DNA of 64,000 nucleotides from an uncultured Gammaproteobacteria bacterium (GTDB lineage Bacteria; Patescibacteriota; Microgenomatia; JAMCZE01), in assembly GCA_964641255.1 (NCBI GenBank), contig CAZXMM010000001.1, positions 601,984 to 665,983 of the forward strand. The letters are read 5' to 3'. Under the pieces are notes generated by a model, which ran no database searches, was not told the DNA's origin, and saw only the letters and a program-made list of their open reading frames with translations. This document shows, one piece after another, positions 18,928 through 26,684 of the stretch (positions within the stretch are counted from its first letter, which is position 1; every line of letters starts with the position of its first letter). A program made the position numbers and the translations under genes.

Positions 18928-19992
18928 ATGCAGACAGGAGAGCTATTACAAGCAGAAGTAGCTGGCCTAATGATCTACGACGTCAAAGCTCTAGGGGGAC
19001 GTGCAGTAGAGCGGGCCAATATCACTGAGCGAGGACTCATGGATCAATCCGGCAGGCGAGATCACCAGTTTTTGGTGGTTGAAGCAGTTCCAATCGATGC
19101 TAATGGCGTTCATAAGTTTCTTCGACAAAATGACCACATAACCAGAGATACTCCGGAGGGAATGGCAGCAATGGCTAGAGTAATTCCCCAGTTGGACGGA
19201 CAGCAAATGCTTCTAACGTGGGATGGCAACAAAAAGGATGCCATTGAAATTGACAATCCTAGACAACAAGGTGGCCGAATGAAGGTCAACATATGGAAGC
19301 ATGACGTTAATGCAATTAATCAAGGAGATGGCGCCAACAAATGGCTAAGTGACCACTTAGGACATGAGGTTGTTGTCGTTAAGATGGATTCAGCAGACGC
19401 ACGCCCAGTCAGCGAAAAATACACGCCTAATGACAGTCGGGTCCTTGCTCAAGACGCCTATCCTATAAATACCGCTTTAATTGAATCCGCTAAAAGAGTT
19501 TCTGAACTAGCAGGAATGGATATTCCTTGGACTCACTATCGTCCTCAAATAGCAATTAAAGATATACCCGATAAATCGGAACATAAGATCTCTACTGTGG
19601 ATATCAGGAACAGAGCAAGTGATGAACTTATTGCAACAGCCATTCACGGTAAGCCTGGTGTCCGGTGCCGAGTGACCGGTGTTATTCCCAACTTGGGAAC
19701 TAGGCTCCCGGGTAATCAACCGTTAACGGCTTTGGGCAAAGAAAGAGCTTGGATCGATGGTGACGGAGATCTACAACTTATTTTTGCAGAAAACCTCATT
19801 GTCAAAGGCCAAGGAGAAATTGTAGTAGGGGATAAGTATATTGGGACATCGTCTCGCTATCCTCGTCTGGTTTATGGACCAATTGAAAAAATGAAAGCTG
19901 TTCAAAAAGAGGTCAAAAAAGAAATGGCCAAACGAGGCGGGAGCATATCTGCACGGGAAATGGCTTTTATAGTCCAATCTTTGGCAGCATAA
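18928..19992 (+). CDS. MOSC-domain protein (YcbX/mARC-like)
   Basis: IYDVKALGG, RDHQFLVV, WLSDHLG, QDAYP, YRPQI and RCRVT motifs. Confidence 0.8.
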   Translation: MQTGELLQAEVAGLMIYDVKALGGRAVERANITERGLMDQSGRRDHQFLVVEAVPIDANGVHKFLRQNDHITRDTPEGMAAMARVIPQLDGQQMLLTWDGNKKDAIEIDNPRQQGGRMKVNIWKHDVNAINQGDGANKWLSDHLGHEVVVVKMDSADARPVSEKYTPNDSRVLAQDAYPINTALIESAKRVSELAGMDIPWTHYRPQIAIKDIPDKSEHKISTVDIRNRASDELIATAIHGKPGVRCRVTGVIPNLGTRLPGNQPLTALGKERAWIDGDGDLQLIFAENLIVKGQGEIVVGDKYIGTSSRYPRLVYGPIEKMKAVQKEVKKEMAKRGGSISAREMAFIVQSLAA

Positions 19993-20288
19993 TCGTACTC
20001 CTCTAAAATATCCTCCTATGTCCAAATTTTTGATGTTATAAGCTAGACTTGAATAATTATTAGCTACTTTTGACTCCGTAGCTTCAGTTCAAAGGCGGAT
20101 AATGGCTAATATACGACATGGCAAAACTTCAGAGAATGTTAAAATATAGCTAACCGTTCGGAAGAACTTTATTTTATAAATTCAAAAGTTAATTCACCAA
20201 TATAGCTATTAATAAGAAATTACTAAAATTCGGGTTACTGGCGGCAACGACGACATATCTACCCACGCTTGATGCCATTCTTTCCCCT

Positions 20289-21056
20289 TTGATTTCTTCA
20301 CAACCTTTTTGGACTGTTGTTTGGGTTTCCGCCATTGGACTATACAATCTTTATCTTTATGCGGAACAAGACAAATTAAATGAAGTTACGGAGTTTATAT
20401 ACGAAAACCCAGATAAATTTACTAAATCAATTGTAAGTTCAACCTATTTCAGGAGTAACTTTTTAAAGTTTTTAGGAGAATATTTGAAACAGAGTAACAA
20501 GCGAAAAAGAGAAGCATTAAAGAAAATCCTGCTGCAATCATTATCTAAAGAGGAGGACGAAAAGTTTGAGATTGACCGGCTAAATAACGTATTAAGCCAA
20601 ATTTCGCTAGGAGCAATAAGAAATTTGCTTTTTATCAAATCTCATTTCATCCCTCAAATTGAAAAGGAAATAGAATATGAGGTACAAAGTTATGACCATA
20701 AGAACAATCCCAAAGAGATAACAAGGCTTAAAGACATTACAAAAGCTCGAAAAAATATCTCCGACTACATACAACGTTGGATTCATGATAATTTTGATCC
20801 CGATAGTCATATAGTTAAACAGAAGTATCATTATGATGATTCTTGGGATCAGGCACAAAAAATGAAATTTAATACTGACCATTCGATTAAGAAACATACG
20901 ATTGAAAAAGAAATACATTCTTACTGGCCTGAGTACGTAAGTTTAGGAATTATGAGTTCCGTAACCGATGGAGTAGGACAAATGGGAGGGGCTGGCGGTA
21001 CTGTTTATAAGCTGACGCAATTTGGAGAAAGCTTTATTGAATTCATAGAACCTTAG
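20289..21056 (+). CDS. Hypothetical AT-rich protein, 5' end possibly disrupted
   Basis: Frame open back to ~20193 with no ATG; ends about 10 nt before attL. Confidence 0.55.
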   Translation: MISSQPFWTVVWVSAIGLYNLYLYAEQDKLNEVTEFIYENPDKFTKSIVSSTYFRSNFLKFLGEYLKQSNKRKREALKKILLQSLSKEEDEKFEIDRLNNVLSQISLGAIRNLLFIKSHFIPQIEKEIEYEVQSYDHKNNPKEITRLKDITKARKNISDYIQRWIHDNFDPDSHIVKQKYHYDDSWDQAQKMKFNTDHSIKKHTIEKEIHSYWPEYVSLGIMSSVTDGVGQMGGAGGTVYKLTQFGESFIEFIEP

Positions 21057-21062
21057 TAATGG

Positions 21063-21179
21063 TTGTGCACCATCTGGGACGATGTTCGTACCTACATAAC
21101 CTCCCAGATCGATCCTCTCGAAAAATCAACACTCATCACCGCAATTGCCTACTTCAAACAGAAGGAGGCTAAACTGTGA
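21063..21179 (+). other. attL of the ICE plus the severed 3' end of its integrase gene
   Basis: TTGTGC|ACCATCTGGGACGATGTTCGTACC; reads CTIWDDVRTYITSQIDPLEKSTLITAIAYFKQKEAKL* in frame with LSR 57920 when joined at GTGC. Confidence 0.85.
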
Positions 21180-21676
21180 ACCCACTTAACTTCCTCAAAC
21201 TAGGCCGAAAACAGAACCTACGAGACTCTCAGGGTGCACTAGAGAGTATTTTATACGATGAAACGACCTTTTACCACCGTTTCACTAAAGACTTAGCAAC
21301 AGCCAAAAGTGAAGTTATTATCGAGAGTCCATTCATTACTGTACCGAGACTTAGAGTGCTTAAGCCTTTCTTTGAAAAATTAATAAATAGGCGGGTCAAA
21401 GTCTTCATAATTACCAAAGACCCAAGTGAGCTTGACGAGAACATGAGTATCCAAGCTGAATCTGGCATACAATTTTTTGAGGAGTTAGGTGTGCAAGTGG
21501 TACTTTGTAAAGGTCATCATAGAAAATTAGCCATCATAGATAGAAATGTACTTTGGGAAGGCAGCCTCAACATTTTGTCGCAATCTTGCAGTCGTGAATT
21601 TATGAGAAGGATAAACAGCAAACAATTGGCGGAAGAAACCTTTAAGTTTTTGAAACTCGAAAAGTGCGTCAGTTAG
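21176..21676 (+). CDS. Phospholipase D-like (single HKD) nuclease-family protein
   Basis: IESPFI, HRKLAIID and GSLN motifs; SD AAGGAGG upstream. Confidence 0.85.
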   Translation: MNPLNFLKLGRKQNLRDSQGALESILYDETTFYHRFTKDLATAKSEVIIESPFITVPRLRVLKPFFEKLINRRVKVFIITKDPSELDENMSIQAESGIQFFEELGVQVVLCKGHHRKLAIIDRNVLWEGSLNILSQSCSREFMRRINSKQLAEETFKFLKLEKCVS

Positions 21677-21708
21677 TAATGTTATAATTCTGAAAGGAGG
21701 TGTGAATT

Positions 21709-21942
21709 ATGGACTCAAATAACCCAGTCACAGAAAAATCTAGATTGGTCATTCAGGCAATGATATATGCCAACGAGAACAGTCTGAATGTTAACGATCT
21801 TAAAGACGTAAACAAGATTCTTGAAGCGCTTAACGTTCAAGACGAAGATCCTCAGGAATTCATGAATCTTTTACAGCATGCCGAAGATTTTATGGATATG
21901 TCAGCACCAGACGATGGGCACAAAAAGGGCTTAGTTAATTAA
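21709..21942 (+). CDS. Hypothetical protein
   Basis: 77 aa, strong SD AAAGGAGGTG. Confidence 0.7.
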   Translation: MDSNNPVTEKSRLVIQAMIYANENSLNVNDLKDVNKILEALNVQDEDPQEFMNLLQHAEDFMDMSAPDDGHKKGLVN

Positions 21943-23570
21943 AGTTCAATTTTATTGCCAAGAAGATCAGTAATAAAATGCTTAGGCAGCGGTTTTTTAG
22001 GGTATTTTTTAAGAAATTCTTCGTTTTCGCTAACGAGATAAACAGTTTCATAAATTGTTCCGTTTTCTCTATTTAAATCGTGACCTACCAACAAACCTTC
22101 TCGCCTGAGTTTTTTAATCTTTCCAGGATTAATGTCAAAATAATTGTCAGAAGTTAATTGCCAATCTTTTATCCATAAATCATCGTTTTTATCTATTTCA
22201 GCCGGAATAACGCCCTTTTTTATATTCCTCTGGCAGTCTGCACACCGTACACCATCTAAATTCCACCAAGTCTTACTGCTTGGAGTATTTTCTCTGCAGA
22301 TACCACATTGATACACACCATCACTTTCTTCTAAAAAGAATCCGCCAGGTTCCTTTTCTAACCTTCGTTTCCGTGCATTTTGAATTCCGGCAAATTCGCC
22401 GGAGAAATGGGCAAATTGGACAACATTATGTCCTTCATATTTCATTCTCGTGTCATAATCTATTTTTGGCTGTTCCGGTTCTTTTTTCTTGCCTACCAAC
22501 TCAAAGAAGTCTTCCTCATTTTCATAGCCTTTCAGTCGTCCTGAAATATAACCAAGTCGATAGGATAGCCCGTCACTCATCAAGCGCCAATTGGTGCCTT
22601 CCAAGGCTTCTTTTATGATTATTTCAAGTGAAGAAACACTAGCTTCTTGTTTACGCATAGAGTCGTTATCCTGAATACTAAACGGAACAATGAAGTACTT
22701 GCCAATTTCTGGATTATTTAGGGAAAGCTTGACGAAGTGTTTTTCTTTCAATAAAGGATTAAGGAGTTTTTCTAACTCCACTACGGTTAATTTTTTAAGT
22801 TGGATAATTTGTTGGTAAGCTTGGCTATCATATTTTTTGAATTCTTCGTTGTACACCACTTTAGCAACCTTTGAAGCTTCTACATAGTCAAAAGCCTCTT
22901 TCCCGTTTTCCTCCGAACAGAACTGTTCACGGTACGTGAGCAACAACTTTTTATCCTGTTCCTCTTGTTCCTTCCACTTACTCCGTCGTTTTCCTAAATC
23001 ATCAGTAGTGATTTCAGAAAAGTCACAAAACGGACAAGTCGTTTTATAAATAATTTTGTCCTTAGATTCTTTAATAACGCTCAATTTAATCTTGTGATTG
23101 CATTTGGGACACAACTGAGGCTTTGACTCGCGTTCCGATCCATCTTCGTAGATCCATTTCTTTTGCCTGCACAGAGTACATTCAAAAAGAAACATCATCC
23201 GCATAGGATCGTCGAGTGTTTCGAGATGCTTAAGTGTGCTTTGCATGGATTTATTACAATTAGTGCAAAGAATATTTTTAGGTAGAGAGGTAGTTTCATA
23301 TTTTTCCTGTTTTACACTATCATCGCTAGTCCATTTGTTGATTGTTTCCTCCTTTTGCTCATACCTGCAAGCTTTGGCAAGAAAGAGATATTGATTTGTC
23401 ATCCAATTAGTTCCCTTAGCTTTATCTGTCAACGAAAATTTCTTAGCTTCCTCCTTATTACCCATCTCAACGTAAACTTTAGTACAAAAATCAATAACCT
23501 CAAGACATTCCTTGATTGTCAAAAGATCGTAGCGATCAATATAGTGCTGTTTATCTTTTAAATAGTTCAT
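21939..23570 (-). CDS. Hypothetical protein with multiple CxxC zinc-ribbon pairs
   Basis: Six CxxC motifs; likely start MNYLKD at 23570. Confidence 0.7.
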   Translation of the reverse strand: MNYLKDKQHYIDRYDLLTIKECLEVIDFCTKVYVEMGNKEEAKKFSLTDKAKGTNWMTNQYLFLAKACRYEQKEETINKWTSDDSVKQEKYETTSLPKNILCTNCNKSMQSTLKHLETLDDPMRMMFLFECTLCRQKKWIYEDGSERESKPQLCPKCNHKIKLSVIKESKDKIIYKTTCPFCDFSEITTDDLGKRRSKWKEQEEQDKKLLLTYREQFCSEENGKEAFDYVEASKVAKVVYNEEFKKYDSQAYQQIIQLKKLTVVELEKLLNPLLKEKHFVKLSLNNPEIGKYFIVPFSIQDNDSMRKQEASVSSLEIIIKEALEGTNWRLMSDGLSYRLGYISGRLKGYENEEDFFELVGKKKEPEQPKIDYDTRMKYEGHNVVQFAHFSGEFAGIQNARKRRLEKEPGGFFLEESDGVYQCGICRENTPSSKTWWNLDGVRCADCQRNIKKGVIPAEIDKNDDLWIKDWQLTSDNYFDINPGKIKKLRREGLLVGHDLNRENGTIYETVYLVSENEEFLKKYPKKPLPKHFITDLLGNKIEL

Positions 23571-23571
23571 G

Positions 23572-23898
23572 CTAGTTATTAATTTTATTTTCATATTCAA
23601 TTTCATTTCCTCCGTAATTAATTTCCTCAAGAAATGCAGCCAATTCGAGGTCTGTGTTAAATATTTCCTTCCAAGGCACCCTCAACGAGTGCCTAATCCC
23701 ACAAAGGGTGTCCATATGCATGTTTCCAGTTTTTCCGCTCTCAAGTCTGCCATAATAGTTAGGATTTAAATCAGCCCCAATTGCTACATCCAATCTTGAC
23801 CGTTCTTGCGCCATCCGAATTTCTCGGATTCTTCGACAAAGGCGATTATGCAATTTGATATCTTTAAAGTTTCTTCTATGTTGATATTTTACTGTCAT
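23572..23898 (-). CDS. Xre-family HTH regulator
   Basis: IREIR...DVA...LNPNYYGRLESG. Confidence 0.8.
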   Translation of the reverse strand: MTVKYQHRRNFKDIKLHNRLCRRIREIRMAQERSRLDVAIGADLNPNYYGRLESGKTGNMHMDTLCGIRHSLRVPWKEIFNTDLELAAFLEEINYGGNEIEYENKINN

Positions 23899-24001
23899 TT
23901 CGGGATATTACAGAAGTTTAATAAAAAATGTCGTACTTTTATGGATAGTTTATTTATCACTTTCCCTTACAGGGTTGTCCATTATTCTTAATAAATAAAA
24001 C

Positions 24002-24018
24002 TACTACTTTATGTAGTA
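24002..24018. promoter_or_regulatory. BlaI/CopY-type operator TACTAC-N5-GTAGTA
   Basis: TACTACTTTATGTAGTA upstream of 24049; same motif at 29781, 45140 and 46532. Confidence 0.75.
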
Positions 24019-24048
24019 GGTCTTAACTGATAAGCTAGTCTTTAGTTT

Positions 24049-24975
24049 ATGATTAGGCACCTATTTATTCCTCACAAGGCTAAAAACAAACACAAAAAAG
24101 CCCATCTTCTTTCTTTTAATGCACTGGCCTTTTACGTTGTTTTTTTCGTTTTTATGCAAATTGGTTTTTCGGCCATAAGAGTTGTGCAGCCAGGAGTTCT
24201 TGGAACCACCTCGGCAATCACTAAGCAAGAGATTATTAATTTAACAAATTCAGATAGGCAAAAAAATAATGCTCAACCATTAAAAGAAAACGAAAAATTA
24301 GATCAAGCGGCGGAATTAAAGGCAAAAAATATGTTTGAGGAAAACTATTGGGCACATGTTTCCCCATCTGGCAAAGATCCATGGTTGTGGATTCAGAAGG
24401 CTGGATATAATTACCTCTTTGCAGGTGAAAATTTGGCAAGGAGTTTTTCTTCCTCTTCGCAAGTAGAGAGTGCTTGGATGGCCTCCACAATGGGCCACCG
24501 GGAAAACATTTTAAATAATAGATACCAGGAAATTGGTGTTGCCGTTGAAGATGGTGTCATTAACGGCGAAAAAACTACACTGGTCGTTCAGTTATTTGGC
24601 ACAATGACGGGGGCAAATGTTAAACCACAAATTAGTGACGAGGGAGCAAACACTACAGTTGATAATAAGATCGCTACAAATATCCCAAGTGACCAGTCAC
24701 TTGCCATGATTCCGCAAGTAAAAAGTGCCAAAACTGTTGCATCCCCAGCACCATCTTTTCTTAGTCAATACATAAGAATCAACCCTTATTCCATTACACG
24801 AGCATTAACCTTTTCTCTTATAGCTATTCTGACAATAATAGGACTTACTGACATAATTGTTCTTTGGAAAAGAAAGGTTGCAGTAAACCTGGCGCTTAGA
24901 CACTTACCCCACTTTGGGTTAATACTAGCATCGGCATTAATTCTTTTAATTATGCGCATTGGAGTCATGATTTAA
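24049..24975 (+). CDS. CAP-domain membrane protein
   Basis: NYWAHVSP, AGENLA and WMAS..HRENIL motifs. Confidence 0.9.
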   Translation: MIRHLFIPHKAKNKHKKAHLLSFNALAFYVVFFVFMQIGFSAIRVVQPGVLGTTSAITKQEIINLTNSDRQKNNAQPLKENEKLDQAAELKAKNMFEENYWAHVSPSGKDPWLWIQKAGYNYLFAGENLARSFSSSSQVESAWMASTMGHRENILNNRYQEIGVAVEDGVINGEKTTLVVQLFGTMTGANVKPQISDEGANTTVDNKIATNIPSDQSLAMIPQVKSAKTVASPAPSFLSQYIRINPYSITRALTFSLIAILTIIGLTDIIVLWKRKVAVNLALRHLPHFGLILASALILLIMRIGVMI

Positions 24976-24996
24976 AAATGAAAGAAGGTGAGAAAT

Positions 24997-25146
24997 ATGA
25001 AAGCTAAAGATCCAGTTTGCGGCATGGAGGTGGACTCAAGCCAGGCTAAATTTAAAAGCGTTTACAAAGACAAGGAATATTATTTCTGCTCAGAGGACTG
25101 CAAGAAAAAGTTTGACGAAAATCCACAGCAATTTGCCAAGGATTAG
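24997..25146 (+). CDS. YHS-domain metal-binding protein
   Basis: Manual translation MKAKDPVCGMEVDSSQAKFKSVYKDKEYYFCSEDCKKKFDENPQQFAKD; below ORF-track cutoff. Confidence 0.92.
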   Translation: MKAKDPVCGMEVDSSQAKFKSVYKDKEYYFCSEDCKKKFDENPQQFAKD

Positions 25147-25197
25147 TGTTAAACAAGGAAAGTTAAATTTGTAGTTAGTAAACTAACGAGTGAATTG

Positions 25198-26358
25198 ATG
25201 TGGAAAAAATTGTTTTTAACCATTATTCTTTCTTTGGTTGCCGCCCTCACGCTGGCACCCTCTATTAACGCTGCCTCTTCTGAAGACTTGCAAAAACAAA
25301 TTAATGAGCTTCAGGGAAAGATTGCTGGGGCTCAAAGTCAGGAGAAAACCCTTTCTTCACAGCTATCATTGATCACGAATGAAATCACTCTAACCGAATT
25401 AAAAATAACGCAAACCGAAGATAAATTGAAGCGATTGACTGGAGACATTGATTCCGTCTCGGGGAAAATTGACGTCATAGAAAATTCCCTAAGTCGTGTT
25501 TCTTCTGTTCTTGTTAATCGCATTGCTCAAACCTACATTGCTGGCCGAACTGACCCAACTTTATATTTATTATCTTCGAACAACTTTGACGACCTTCTTC
25601 AACGTTTCGAATACCTGCGCATTGTTCAAAAACATGACAAGACTTTGATGTTCCAAATGGCGGCAACAAAGAAAAACTACAACGATCAGAAAAGTCTGCT
25701 TGAAGATAGAAAAAAACAAGTGGAAACCTTAACCGTCCAACTTAAAACCTATCAAGCACAGCTGGATAGCCAGAGCGAAGAGAAACAAACGCTTCTAGAA
25801 GTTACTAGAAATGATGAAAAGCGTTATCAACAACTTCTAGCACAGGCGCAGGCAGAACTTAATGCTATTGGTGCCTCGCAATTTTCAGGTAAACGAGAAG
25901 TCAAAAAGGGTGACGTCATCGGCCTTATGGGAAGTAGTGGTTATTCAACTGGGCCTCATCTACATTTTGGAGTTTATGATTTGAAAGAAAGTGACGCCGC
26001 AAATTTTTCCTATGCCAACGGGACGAGTGATCCGCTTAATTATTTAAGGGGGAGGGGTTTGACTGTTGATTCTGGAGCTTGCAACGACAAATCCGGAAAC
26101 TTAAATGTTGGCAATGGGGGGTGGGATTGGCCTATGGAAAATCCTAATATCTCTCAGTGTTTTGGCTCCACTCCTTATTCATTTGTTTACACTAATGGTC
26201 GCCATGATGGCCTAGACATGTATGATTCAAACAACGTTGCCGTTCGCTCTATTGATGATGGAATAGCTTATTTTTACCGTGGCAATAGCAGTTTAGGAAA
26301 CAATGTTCGGGTATTTCATTCAAACGGAAGGATGACTCTTTATTTACATCTTCAATAA
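25198..26358 (+). CDS. Secreted coiled-coil M23 peptidase-family protein
   Basis: Signal peptide, long coiled coil, GYSTGPHLHF, HDGLD and YLHL motifs. Confidence 0.85.
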   Translation: MWKKLFLTIILSLVAALTLAPSINAASSEDLQKQINELQGKIAGAQSQEKTLSSQLSLITNEITLTELKITQTEDKLKRLTGDIDSVSGKIDVIENSLSRVSSVLVNRIAQTYIAGRTDPTLYLLSSNNFDDLLQRFEYLRIVQKHDKTLMFQMAATKKNYNDQKSLLEDRKKQVETLTVQLKTYQAQLDSQSEEKQTLLEVTRNDEKRYQQLLAQAQAELNAIGASQFSGKREVKKGDVIGLMGSSGYSTGPHLHFGVYDLKESDAANFSYANGTSDPLNYLRGRGLTVDSGACNDKSGNLNVGNGGWDWPMENPNISQCFGSTPYSFVYTNGRHDGLDMYDSNNVAVRSIDDGIAYFYRGNSSLGNNVRVFHSNGRMTLYLHLQ

Positions 26359-26422
26359 TTATCATTATTGATTTCTTTATAGGCTTTATAGTATGTTATC
26401 AAAAGAGAGGGGGTGGAATTTA

Positions 26423-26677
26423 ATGAATAGTTTAGTAAAAAAGACCGTAATAAGTATCACATCTGGGGCTCTTTTTTTAGGGGTTTTTGTGTCACCGGCT
26501 TTTGCAAATTCTACAGTGACCATCACTAGTAATGGAAACACAACAATCACTACTGGTGACTCAAAGTCAAGTGTGTCAATAAGTAATTCTGGAGGCACAA
26601 ATATTTTCAACTCAGGGAAATGCACTGGTCGCTCAGTGTCATTTAGTATTGTAAATGGAGTAGTTAGCTCACACTAA
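26423..26677 (+). CDS. Small secreted Ser/Thr-rich protein
   Basis: Signal peptide ending PAFA. Confidence 0.55.
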   Translation: MNSLVKKTVISITSGALFLGVFVSPAFANSTVTITSNGNTTITTGDSKSSVSISNSGGTNIFNSGKCTGRSVSFSIVNGVVSSH

Positions 26678-26684
26678 TTGTGAG

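Noticed and set aside
21040-21100. Long direct repeat of the tRNA 3' end at the left ICE border
   Set aside because: Only GTGC is shared; the border call rests on the in-frame tail, the palindrome and motif spacing instead.
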